Shown here piece by piece: positions 29,831-39,450 of a stretch of DNA of 64,000 nt. The stretch's first letter is position 1. Each line of letters begins with the position of its first letter. Made by a program: the position numbers and the translations under genes. The notes under the pieces are model-generated. The model was not told the DNA's origin. It worked only from the letters and a program-made list of their open reading frames with translations, and ran no database searches. Origin of the DNA: an uncultured virus (IMG/VR IMGVR_UViG_2788500220_000008). Taxonomy: Duplodnaviria > Heunggongvirae > Uroviricota > Caudoviricetes. The stretch lies in the IMG/VR virus record IMGVR_UViG_2788500220_000008, positions 1 through 64,000 of that record; one strand, written 5' to 3'.

Positions 29831-30985
29831 ATGGCAGAAACATTTCCAATAAATACACTAGATGTAAACGCTTCTATCTTTGATTATAAGCCTGATACGC
29901 TCGTAGAATTTTATGAAGTAAGAGTCAAGAGAGCAGACACTATAAATCAAATAGACACTTTTAGATTTCATGCAGGAGTAAACCAAGAGGGCGTAACAAG
30001 GCAAGGCGGAGAAAAGGTGCATGGGGTAAAATGGCAAGGTAAGGTATACATTTCGGTACCTCTGGAAAGTGAGGGGTTTGAAGCTCGTGGAGACGGAAGA
30101 CTTCCTAGGCCTATAATTAGATTTGCAAACGTAGAAGGCTTTTTCTCTGCCGCAGCTGCAGAATATGGAGATTTCATAGGGGCAAAAGTTTCGAGAAAAA
30201 GAACTTTTGCTAAATACTTAGACGCTGATAATTGGCCAAAGGTTGACGGAAAGCACATGAACCCTATGACGCCATCCGGAGAAGGCGACCCCAATTCCCA
30301 CCTTCCGGACGACATGTTTTTTGTGAATAGAAAAATGTCAGAAAATAAAAACCTAATAGAGTATGAGCTGGTCTCCCTACTGGAGCTAGAAGGAGTTTAC
30401 TTACCCGCAAGGCTTGTGCTCTCAAATTATTGTTCTTGGATTTACAGAAGTCCAGAATGCGGGTACGGTCATAATACAAGTTCTGATGTTCTTCAAGTAA
30501 GAAAAGGATTGCCTGTTGCAGACAAGGAAGACAATCCGCTGGGAGATATGGAGGGTTCGGGGATTAAAAACGGCTGGAGAGATATAGACCCTAACAACAC
30601 AAAAACCTATGGAAACAACCAGCGACGTGCATTTGTAGATGAGCTTGATTTTGAGTTATGGAAATCCGGAAGGGAGTACAAAAAAAACCAATTCGTCTTC
30701 CTTACCTCAGGTCAAAGCCTAGATATAAAAAGCGACCCCACCCAAACCTCCTACGTTCAAAGGCTTTTCTATGTTTGCCTGAAAGATCACGTCTCTGACT
30801 TATCCTCTCATCCATTTTATAATAAAGAAATTTGGACGCAAGACCAGTGCTCAAAAACGGTGAATGGTTGCAAATTGAGGTTTGATCCTAAAAATACAAA
30901 CCCAGATCCAAATGATAGAAACGAGAGCAATCGGCCTCCATTGGCTTTTGGCGGCTTCCCATCTACGGACAGATATTCATTCTAA
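29831..30985 (+). CDS. Lambda gpL-like minor tail protein (tail tip, Fe-S cysteine motif)
   Basis: FRFHAG..WQG..Y..P.E.EGFE..GDGRLPRP..GAKVSRKRTFAKYLDADN; four Cys in NYCSWIYRSPECGY..DQCSKTVNGCKLRF; ends FGGFP. ATG 29831 follows the upstream stop at 29829. Confidence 0.92.
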   Translation: MAETFPINTLDVNASIFDYKPDTLVEFYEVRVKRADTINQIDTFRFHAGVNQEGVTRQGGEKVHGVKWQGKVYISVPLESEGFEARGDGRLPRPIIRFANVEGFFSAAAAEYGDFIGAKVSRKRTFAKYLDADNWPKVDGKHMNPMTPSGEGDPNSHLPDDMFFVNRKMSENKNLIEYELVSLLELEGVYLPARLVLSNYCSWIYRSPECGYGHNTSSDVLQVRKGLPVADKEDNPLGDMEGSGIKNGWRDIDPNNTKTYGNNQRRAFVDELDFELWKSGREYKKNQFVFLTSGQSLDIKSDPTQTSYVQRLFYVCLKDHVSDLSSHPFYNKEIWTQDQCSKTVNGCKLRFDPKNTNPDPNDRNESNRPPLAFGGFPSTDRYSF

Positions 30986-31776
30986 TGAGGAAGGAATTAA
31001 AGGAAGAGATCATTCATCATGCGCATGAGTCTCCTGACGAAGAAGTTTGCGGATTAGTTCTTCAAAAGGATCTGGTTGAGCTTTCTACCGTTAGGTTGGA
31101 GAATATCCATTCAAATAAAGCAGACTGCTTTACTATTAACCCTGCGGAAATTCTTAAGTACAATAAATACGGAAAGATCATAGGAATATATCATTCACAC
31201 CCAAAGACTAAAGCTAACCCCTCTCCATTTGATGAGGCTAATTGCGAAGAAATAGGCATTCCATACTATATTTATAGCGTAAAGTATAATTCATTTTTTT
31301 GTGATATACCTATGTCATTTAAGCCAGACCCTTTATTCGAGAGGGTTTATGTAGAAGATATTTATAATTGCCTTACGTTTATAAAGGACTACTATATACA
31401 AGAAACTGATTGGCTCCCATCCTACGAGGCAAGATTAGCAAAGAAGAGGAAATGGTCGCTCAACCCAACCTTCCAAGAGCAGGGTTTTCTTGAGAGGGAA
31501 GACAAGAGAAAAACCTCCGAGCAGGTAGTAGCGTGGATTGAGAAAAATGATTTTTTTGGCTCTGGAGAAAGAACCCTTACTCCAGTAAAAGATGGAAGCT
31601 TACGTATTCACGATCTTATTATTTTTAATTTTTTTGAAAGTTCTTTTTATCACTTTGGAGTCTACATAGGTAACGGGCAATTTGTCCACCATCCTATATT
31701 TCAATTACCTCAAAAGTCTAGTTATGAAAGATACCAGAAACAAGTGTATAAAATATATAGGTTAGCTAATTTATAG
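30985..31776 (+). CDS. Lambda gpK-like tail assembly protein (JAB/MPN + NlpC/P60)
   Basis: JAB motif EEVCG..YHSHP..PSPFD; NlpC/P60 motif YNCLTFIKDYY..HFGVYIGNGQFVHH. Lies between gpL and gpI. Confidence 0.92.
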   Translation: MRKELKEEIIHHAHESPDEEVCGLVLQKDLVELSTVRLENIHSNKADCFTINPAEILKYNKYGKIIGIYHSHPKTKANPSPFDEANCEEIGIPYYIYSVKYNSFFCDIPMSFKPDPLFERVYVEDIYNCLTFIKDYYIQETDWLPSYEARLAKKRKWSLNPTFQEQGFLEREDKRKTSEQVVAWIEKNDFFGSGERTLTPVKDGSLRIHDLIIFNFFESSFYHFGVYIGNGQFVHHPIFQLPQKSSYERYQKQVYKIYRLANL

Positions 31777-31791
31777 GGATAAGGATAGTGT

Positions 31792-32760
31792 ATGTTAAAG
31801 GTTTGCTTGCATGGTTTGCTCGGCGATAAGTTCGGCTCTGATTGGAATCTTAAGGTTTCATCCGTAAAAGAGGCTGTTCGAGCTATAGAGGCAAACAGTA
31901 ATTGTCTTTACAAATTCCTAAGAGAGAAAGACCACGAAGGTATCGCATACAAAATTATTGCGGGCGATCCAGATGGCGATAACAGCAAGTACCTAAATGA
32001 AGAGGACTTGGATATCAACATTGCACACAAGAAGGAGATTCATATCATCCCCTGCGTCAGTGGGGCTGGAGATTTCCTGATGGGGCTTATTAATATTATT
32101 TTAGGAGTCCTTTTGATTGTTGTAGCCATTATTGCGGGCGCTACCGGAATTGGGCTTTGGCTGCTTATTCTTGCGGGAGCACTAATGATCATCGGAGGGG
32201 TAATGATGCTATTAACCGACCCCCCTGACACAGCAAGTTACGAAGCATCACGGACTCCATTGCGATACTCAACTGCGTCTTTTCATTTTTCAGGATATCA
32301 AAATGTAGCGCAGCAAGGTCTGCCCGTTCCCGTGGGCTATGGCAGAACAATGGTAGGATCAAAGGTAATATCTATGTTTGTCCGCGCGAACCGATACTTC
32401 GGAGAAGCTAGCCATGAAGGTTCTTTCGGTATTCAGGTCGATGGGCTCGACAAAAATAATGGATATGCTCCGGGCTTTTTTACTAGAAACACTCAAACAG
32501 CCGAAATGAACCCTTTGTCAGGAAAAGCTCCGGCCGGCATGGGTGGCTACTACCCCGGAGAGTTTGGGTCGCGAAGGTCAAATGAGAGAGACGCGGGTTT
32601 CGTAGAAGGGGAAGATAAGGTTTATAATTTCTTTAGGCCCGGCTCAACATCATTCAACACCGCCATCGCGGGCGTAAAGTATGGATCTGGATACGGCTTC
32701 TCTTCGGATATTGTCTGTCTCGACGACGAAAACCCGGGGTCTCAAAGCATAAGAACATGA
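31792..32760 (+). CDS. Lambda gpI-like tail assembly protein, copy 1
   Basis: VCLHGLLGDKFG..SVKEAVRAIEAN..IHIIPCVSGAG, hydrophobic hairpin, SFHFSG.QN...QGLPVPVGYGRTMVGSKVIS. Confidence 0.88.
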   Translation: MLKVCLHGLLGDKFGSDWNLKVSSVKEAVRAIEANSNCLYKFLREKDHEGIAYKIIAGDPDGDNSKYLNEEDLDINIAHKKEIHIIPCVSGAGDFLMGLINIILGVLLIVVAIIAGATGIGLWLLILAGALMIIGGVMMLLTDPPDTASYEASRTPLRYSTASFHFSGYQNVAQQGLPVPVGYGRTMVGSKVISMFVRANRYFGEASHEGSFGIQVDGLDKNNGYAPGFFTRNTQTAEMNPLSGKAPAGMGGYYPGEFGSRRSNERDAGFVEGEDKVYNFFRPGSTSFNTAIAGVKYGSGYGFSSDIVCLDDENPGSQSIRT

Positions 32761-35021
32761 ATGTACAATTACATGGCGTCTTAGCAGAATCCTTCGGTAA
32801 GGATTTTTATTTTTGCGTAGATACTATTGGGGACGCTATTCGTGCTATACAGGCGAATACCGGGTCTTTTTATGATTTTCTAAGAAAGAAGGACAGGGAG
32901 GGCCTCTGCTACAAAGTGATCGTTGGTCAAGATCCTAACGGCGAACCAATTGGGTGTGATGAACTAAGCACTAAGAGAGGGCTCTCTGGAGAAACGTTGC
33001 ACATTATCCCTGTTGCCCAAGGAGCGGAAAATTTACAGGCAATTTTGAACATCATAATCGGCATAATGCTTATTGTTGCTCGTATTTTTATTCCGGGAGC
33101 GCAATGGCTTATTGTCGCAGGCGCGCTAATGGTTATGGGAGGGATTATGCAGTTAATAACAAAACCTCCAGAGCCCCCTGCGCCCGGAAGGAGGCCGACG
33201 AGTGTATCAACCACTTCGTTTGCATTTTCCGGTCCCGTAAATATAATGAAACAGGGGAGTCCTGTTTGGCTTGGATACGGAAGGCTTAAAGTGGGCGCGA
33301 ATGTCCTATCAACTGCATATAGAAGTACTGGATATTTCTCTGAATATGATGTTGGTGGGGTCTCCGTTAGAACTGGAACAGACAAGAAGGGGAACCCCAT
33401 TTACTCTACCGAAGAAAAAAAATCCAACTTTCTCCCTTCTCCCGGAGATGCATCCTACTGTGTTCCGATTAATTGGGTCGAAAAGAGCCCTAAATACGGA
33501 AACATTTCAAAGGAAATGCCCGCTGACGAAGTAGGAAATACTACCGACGAATCTGCTTCGCCTAAGACCCCGCCTGCCGGTCCATTAATTTTTCCCACTT
33601 GGAATGCATACCTCACTGGACTAGGATCAATGTTTAACATTAAGGAAATTAACAACCAGTTATATTTTGTTGATGCAGACGGAAATACCGTTCACAAGAA
33701 TCTATTGCTTCCGTCTAACCCGAGTGAGAGCGACAAGCAGGCGGCAATCGAAAAATGGCTAGAAACTAGAGGGTTTAGTGCGGCCGGTAACAAATTGCCA
33801 ATCTACGACTCCTCTACGCCGCTCCTTTTAAGTAGAGAAAAAGTCTCTAGGGAGGGCCCCGCTGATTCTGAATTTGCCCCAAGATACCCAAAGGTTTCAT
33901 ACAGTAAATCCAGCTCCACTAGCGGGGCTGGTGTAGAATTTGAAACAGTAAACACCATTGGAATAAATTGGACTAAGCCCAGCAGTAACGCAAAGGAGGT
34001 AGTTGGTTACAAGGTCAAGGCTTGGCCTTCTCTCCAGTTTCAGTTTGCCATCGTATACAACAAAGGCAGCTCTAGTCCAGCCGCAAGGAAAATATATGAA
34101 TCCACCCCCAGTGGGTCGGACGGGTCAAAATATTTTGAGCTTGACTTTGTTCAAAATCAACTTGACTATCCCGATCTCATGATCCACTCTGCTACAGCGG
34201 TGCGAGCGGGCGAAAAACATGCTCTCCACGGAAAAGCGCTAACTCCTAGCGATATAATGCAGCTAAGCGACAAGACGGAGCTGGAGATAGGCCTTGCCTT
34301 CGATCAGTTCTACAATTATACAAGTTTGACAAAAGTTGTTGCAGACTTTACTGTATTTAAAAACACAGTCGCCGCCGCTGGTTTTGGAAATGTTGATTAC
34401 AAGACTTACGATTCCCCGGTAAACTCTCTAGAATTCGGCGCAAATACTCAACCCGTAAACTGGCTCAAATTAAATCCAAGCATAACGCTAGGCTCCCCAA
34501 CAGCCCCATATGAAAATGTCCCTGTCTACTTCTGGGGAGATAACAGCGGAAATGCCGCCGAGTATGATTATATTGTTAGCAAGCAGTTAGGTAATTTAAA
34601 TGCTGAAGACAAGAGTTTGGCTGAAGATAAAGGGTCCAACAGCTTTGCCTCAGGGTACGAATTCTTCTTAATCCCTATCCCGGCCACTCTCCCCACGGGT
34701 CGACCGAAGTCTAAAGAGGTATATCGCCCCAAAGAGTACGAGGTATTTTCAGAGGTAGACAGTGGAGGAAAAAAGCTTTTCGAGTATAATATATTAGATG
34801 ACTCCATGTCAAAATCCCAACTCTTAATAGAAGACGATACAAAAACTCTTAATTTTAAAATTTTCATGGACCCTGTATTTATGCTAAAGTTTACTGTTAC
34901 CGCTCTTTTGTCTGACGGCACAGAATCTCCGGCCGCAGAGGGAAATGCCGACGGAGAGACTCTAATTTTTACAGATAAATCCCAAAAAGACTTCAACCTT
35001 AACGCTAACTTCTCGGACTAA
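32757..35021 (+). CDS. Lambda gpI-like tail assembly protein, copy 2, with long C-terminal extension
   Basis: VQLHGVLAESFG..DAIRAIQAN..LHIIPVAQGA, hydrophobic hairpin, SFAFSGPVN...QGSPVWLGYGRLKVGANVLS, then ~550 extra aa with FN3-like strands (INWTKPS..VVGYKV..KFTVTALLSDGTES). Confidence 0.82.
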   Translation: MNVQLHGVLAESFGKDFYFCVDTIGDAIRAIQANTGSFYDFLRKKDREGLCYKVIVGQDPNGEPIGCDELSTKRGLSGETLHIIPVAQGAENLQAILNIIIGIMLIVARIFIPGAQWLIVAGALMVMGGIMQLITKPPEPPAPGRRPTSVSTTSFAFSGPVNIMKQGSPVWLGYGRLKVGANVLSTAYRSTGYFSEYDVGGVSVRTGTDKKGNPIYSTEEKKSNFLPSPGDASYCVPINWVEKSPKYGNISKEMPADEVGNTTDESASPKTPPAGPLIFPTWNAYLTGLGSMFNIKEINNQLYFVDADGNTVHKNLLLPSNPSESDKQAAIEKWLETRGFSAAGNKLPIYDSSTPLLLSREKVSREGPADSEFAPRYPKVSYSKSSSTSGAGVEFETVNTIGINWTKPSSNAKEVVGYKVKAWPSLQFQFAIVYNKGSSSPAARKIYESTPSGSDGSKYFELDFVQNQLDYPDLMIHSATAVRAGEKHALHGKALTPSDIMQLSDKTELEIGLAFDQFYNYTSLTKVVADFTVFKNTVAAAGFGNVDYKTYDSPVNSLEFGANTQPVNWLKLNPSITLGSPTAPYENVPVYFWGDNSGNAAEYDYIVSKQLGNLNAEDKSLAEDKGSNSFASGYEFFLIPIPATLPTGRPKSKEVYRPKEYEVFSEVDSGGKKLFEYNILDDSMSKSQLLIEDDTKTLNFKIFMDPVFMLKFTVTALLSDGTESPAAEGNADGETLIFTDKSQKDFNLNANFSD

Positions 35022-38000
35022 TGGCCAAGAAACTAGAATCCACTGCAAACCTAATCGTCCTAGACCTTATTACGGAAGGAGAAATAGCGGGCCTATGTGA
35101 TCAGAACGGGGAGCTAGTGTCTGGCCGTGGAAGACCCGGCAGGCAGGGTTATTTTGACTCCAAGGGGAAGCTATCTGGCCAGTACGACAAAATGACCGGG
35201 CAAATTCTCGACGAAGAACGCTCTTCCAGTAACCCATATCGCTATAAAGGGATATACTTAAATGATACGCCCGTAATAACCACTCCTAAGGGGCCTGCAG
35301 CTCTGGGTAGGGAGCAGGTAAACTTTAGGAGATTTTATTCCGAGATAAGGTTTGGGCATCAGGACCAAAAGCCGTTAAACCTAATGGGTTCGCAAAACAC
35401 AATCTCAATTCAATCTAGGCTTATAGGCCCTCTCGCCTCAACCTTTTCGACTTCAGAACAACTGTCGGAAAGCTCCAGTTCAGTATTCCATACAGTAACA
35501 AACATAAACGTAACAGAGGTAATTGTCAGTGTTAAAATAGATCAGCTCTTCAAGGTGGAAAGTGTCCATCAGGAAACCTTAGGAGATATGAAGGATTCCG
35601 AGATTGAGTTTTTTATTGAATATGGTATAGAAGGAGAACCCCTTAGGAGTTTTCGAGGCGAAGATCATGTCCCAAGCGAATATACCCTAGGTAAGGCCCC
35701 TATAAAAATTAAAGGCGTTGCCACTTCTCCATATTTCGTAGATTTTGTAATTAGAATCGGTGATCAGGACTACGACTCAGGGATCACAGGAAAGCCCGTT
35801 AAAGGCCTTAGTAATCCCTATAAAAAACACCGAGTAATTAAGTTAACCAGAGCAACCAGAGAGAAGGACCCCGAGGAAACCGCCAGCGAAACTGACGACA
35901 CCGCAGACCATACCCGATCAATGTCGTGGGAATCTGTGGTGGAGGTAATACCCGAGAACTTCAGCTACGCTAATTCCGTAATTGCGGCCTCCCAGTTTGA
36001 TGCTCGATATTTTAGCAGAATCCACGAAAGATCATTTGATTGCAAACTTCTAAAGGTACCAATTCCAAATAACTACGATCCAGAAAATAGGAGATACAAG
36101 GGGCATTGGGATGGTCGATTCTCTACTGAAGACTATTCCCCTTGGGAGGGGCAAAAAGGGAAATACTGGACAGACAACCCCGCGTGGATATTTAATGACT
36201 TAATGACTAACCGCAGGTATGGCGTAGGAAAATTCCTTGACCCAGATTTCGACCCTGCCGCACAAGTAGACAAGTGGAACCTATACGAGATATCAAAAAT
36301 TAGCGACGAAATAGTATTGACCGGATCTGCTCCTAGGCATGGATGGACAGAGTTTGTCGATTTCACAAATAATCTTAAAAAGAAATCTGATAACTACATA
36401 GAGTTCACCTTTAAGGGGAGCGGCGCCAATCCAAATTTTGAAGACAAATTCGGAAATTCTGCTTTAGCTGAAACCCCAAACTTAAAAGACTACGCAGGCC
36501 AAGAGCTTGTAATCAAAACATGCGATGGAAACATCTATAAAAGGAAAATCGTTTCCTCCTCAATAAAAACAACTACAAAATCAAGCTCCAAATCATTCCC
36601 CCTTTATGCTGCAGGGGAAAGATCCGGCTCAAATAAGGGCATATCCTCGCCAATCACAATCGGTGGCCTTGAGGGCGGCATGCTCAAGAATACTGGTTGC
36701 GACACTTCTGGAAGGCAAATAAATGAAGTGTCAGATCATAATGTCAATAGATATGTCTACGAGCAGCACTGGGTAATGTTCGCATATATTGGGCACGGAG
36801 ATCGCTTGCGAGGAGTAAAGCCAACTCATGGAAATGCATTCAGCGGCAATATTCAGCCCGCGACTCATCCTTCGGGTTTTGCCTATACCGGAGGAATATC
36901 TGAGACCTCATCGTCCACAATGAGAATCGAGAATGGAGACTTAAAATATACAAGCCAAAGGGGCTCTGGCTGGATTAGTCCTAAATCCATTAACAGACAG
37001 GTTGGGAAGGATAAAAAAGGGTCTGTCATCCATCGGAGCAGCACGTGGCCCGGCAACAACACTGAAGACAGGTTTGTGGGCCCCGCAGAGGGTGCAGTTG
37101 GCACTGGCGGAGGGATTTGGTGTTATGCATTTGAGTTCGATCTTGAAGGGTTTGACAAAGGGACTGTACAAGCGCATCTAAAGCTCAGAAGCGACAACGC
37201 TGCATATATCTCTACGAACGGAAGAAACATAAAGAAAATTCCCTCGTCTTGGACAACAGATAAAGATTACCCACTCCGACCGCAGGATCTGCAACCGGGA
37301 CTTAATGTCATCTACCTCGCTTTAGAAAATTCCGATTCGGGCGCCGTCGGCACTGGCGGCGGATCGAATTCGGGGAACTTGCTTGGTTTTCAGGCAAAGT
37401 GGTATGGCTCCGGCGGAACAGGCAGCCCAAAGGCAAAAGTAAGTGCTACAGGAGACTATAAATCTTTTCTTGCAACTGGAGAGCTTGACCACAATTGGGC
37501 CTTGTCTTCGAATATTGTAAACAATTCAGCTCTAGGACCTCCGGCCAATTTTGGCCATAGACCAAAGACCTATAATTTTGAAAGAGGTAATTTTGCCGGA
37601 TGGGGAGCCCCTTTTCAATTCCTTAGCCCCAGCCCAACAAAAATACTCCCCGCAATCCCTAAAGGTGACTATATTTTTATGCAGACCTTTACTTTAACGG
37701 GAGACCCAGCAAAAGCTTCAATAAAGTTTGATGCTGCTGCGAGAAATTTAAGACCGGGCGACTCCTTCAAAATTCAAGGTGGTGCATGGGGCCCTTCTGC
37801 TCCTAAAGGGTGGCCTGTTGGCGCAAGTCTTCTGCCTGCAATAACAGACAATGCATGGGTTCCTTGCGAGTTTTCTGCTTCAGACTTGGGGTGGCACAAG
37901 GGAGTTAACACACTATTCATACACCTCCATCTAAAAACAGATTATAAAATTGGGAGCCCTCCAGTGGGGAACAGTAACGCTCTTAGCGCTAGAGCTCCTT

Positions 38001-39445
38001 TTGTGCCCGCTATTGGTATCCGCGACATCAAGATAGTTGATACGGACGTCCTCGGTTACGAGCAAGAGGCTACAGTCACGGTGGACGGAGGGCTTCTTGA
38101 AAATGAAATGTCAGGCGCAGACGTATGTGGTGAAGCGGCAGTTAGATTCCAAGGCGATTATGAAGTGGCAGAACCAAGATTCGCCTGTAACATATTAATC
38201 ACGGACAAAACAGAAGCGATAGACCTCCTAAAGGAGATGGCATCGGTCTTTAGGGGAATGCTTTACTTCGCGAACGGAATGACCTTTTTGACTACAGATA
38301 TCAAGAAGGAGCCAGTAACCTTGTTCACGAATGCCAACACCCAACATGGGAATTTTAGTTATAGCGGGAGCCCAAAGACCTCTAGGCACTCGGTTTGCCT
38401 TGTTAGATACAACGATAAAGAAGACGCATTTCGACCTAAAATAGAATATGTAGAAGACCCCGGAGCAATTAACAAATTTGGATATATAGAGAAAGAGGTA
38501 ATAGCTTTCGGATGCACGTCTAGAGGTCAAGCTCGTCGGCTTGGCGAATGGGCTCTACTGACAGCTCAATTAGAAAGAGAAGCAATTAACTTTAAAGCTG
38601 GACTTGAGGCGTCTTTTCTTAAGCCGGGAGATGTATTTAAGGTAATTGACAAAAATAGAACAATCAAGCGTTTCTGGGGAAGGGTTTTTGACGTTGAGAC
38701 GGATGGGAAAGACTCTGCCATCATAACTCTTGACTCTAAAATTCAAGATAAGCTTTCTCATAAAAAACTTACGGTAATTACACCCAAAAAGAATGAGAAC
38801 GTTAGGACCTTAGATGATCTGGCGGCTTCTAGGCGTGGCAGTCTAGATCCCGGACTTAGCATGGAGGACATTGCAAATTCCAGAGAAGCGCAAATCACAA
38901 CTTTTGAATTTGACCCTGTTTCCGACAGGTCTGAAATACTAGAAATCAATCAAAATAAAGTGATATTGAACCCTTCCTCCATGATTACTAGGATGAATAT
39001 GGGCGAAATGCAACACGGTCGCTTCGGAAAATGGGATGGCTCTAAAAATTATAAAAAGGGCGAACTCATCAAGTACAAGGGGATTTATTATGAATGCATA
39101 AAGGACCACAAATCCTCCATGCCTTATGGGGGTAAAGATGCTTATTGGCAGAAGTATAAGGCGGTTGACATTCATAGCGTATTGCTTGAGATACCTGTCG
39201 GGTCGATATGGATACTTGAATGCGAAGATGAAAACATAAGCACGCAGAGCCATTTGTATAGAACTTTGCAAGTTAAAGAGGCTGCTATGGGAGAATTTGA
39301 AGTAAGCGGATTAGAATACATTCCAAACAAATTCGACGTAATTGAAAAGAAGGCCAAGCTAGATCTAGTTAAACCGCTCCCAGCCTATAGCTACTATGGA
39401 TCATTGCCGAATGCATCTTTAGGCATTGAAGTCAATACCGGTTAA
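35021..39445 (+). CDS. Lambda gpJ-like tail tip/host specificity protein
   Basis: DLITEGEIAGL, IYLNDTPV, KVPIPNNYDPENRRY.G.WDG.F, WTDNPAWIFNDLMTNRRYGVG, DKWNLYEI, EPRFACN, MASVFRG, FTNAN..GNFSYSGS, AFGCTSRGQARRLGEW, LKPGDVF. Confidence 0.93.
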   Translation: MAKKLESTANLIVLDLITEGEIAGLCDQNGELVSGRGRPGRQGYFDSKGKLSGQYDKMTGQILDEERSSSNPYRYKGIYLNDTPVITTPKGPAALGREQVNFRRFYSEIRFGHQDQKPLNLMGSQNTISIQSRLIGPLASTFSTSEQLSESSSSVFHTVTNINVTEVIVSVKIDQLFKVESVHQETLGDMKDSEIEFFIEYGIEGEPLRSFRGEDHVPSEYTLGKAPIKIKGVATSPYFVDFVIRIGDQDYDSGITGKPVKGLSNPYKKHRVIKLTRATREKDPEETASETDDTADHTRSMSWESVVEVIPENFSYANSVIAASQFDARYFSRIHERSFDCKLLKVPIPNNYDPENRRYKGHWDGRFSTEDYSPWEGQKGKYWTDNPAWIFNDLMTNRRYGVGKFLDPDFDPAAQVDKWNLYEISKISDEIVLTGSAPRHGWTEFVDFTNNLKKKSDNYIEFTFKGSGANPNFEDKFGNSALAETPNLKDYAGQELVIKTCDGNIYKRKIVSSSIKTTTKSSSKSFPLYAAGERSGSNKGISSPITIGGLEGGMLKNTGCDTSGRQINEVSDHNVNRYVYEQHWVMFAYIGHGDRLRGVKPTHGNAFSGNIQPATHPSGFAYTGGISETSSSTMRIENGDLKYTSQRGSGWISPKSINRQVGKDKKGSVIHRSSTWPGNNTEDRFVGPAEGAVGTGGGIWCYAFEFDLEGFDKGTVQAHLKLRSDNAAYISTNGRNIKKIPSSWTTDKDYPLRPQDLQPGLNVIYLALENSDSGAVGTGGGSNSGNLLGFQAKWYGSGGTGSPKAKVSATGDYKSFLATGELDHNWALSSNIVNNSALGPPANFGHRPKTYNFERGNFAGWGAPFQFLSPSPTKILPAIPKGDYIFMQTFTLTGDPAKASIKFDAAARNLRPGDSFKIQGGAWGPSAPKGWPVGASLLPAITDNAWVPCEFSASDLGWHKGVNTLFIHLHLKTDYKIGSPPVGNSNALSARAPFVPAIGIRDIKIVDTDVLGYEQEATVTVDGGLLENEMSGADVCGEAAVRFQGDYEVAEPRFACNILITDKTEAIDLLKEMASVFRGMLYFANGMTFLTTDIKKEPVTLFTNANTQHGNFSYSGSPKTSRHSVCLVRYNDKEDAFRPKIEYVEDPGAINKFGYIEKEVIAFGCTSRGQARRLGEWALLTAQLEREAINFKAGLEASFLKPGDVFKVIDKNRTIKRFWGRVFDVETDGKDSAIITLDSKIQDKLSHKKLTVITPKKNENVRTLDDLAASRRGSLDPGLSMEDIANSREAQITTFEFDPVSDRSEILEINQNKVILNPSSMITRMNMGEMQHGRFGKWDGSKNYKKGELIKYKGIYYECIKDHKSSMPYGGKDAYWQKYKAVDIHSVLLEIPVGSIWILECEDENISTQSHLYRTLQVKEAAMGEFEVSGLEYIPNKFDVIEKKAKLDLVKPLPAYSYYGSLPNASLGIEVNTG

Positions 39446-39450
39446 TAGCC

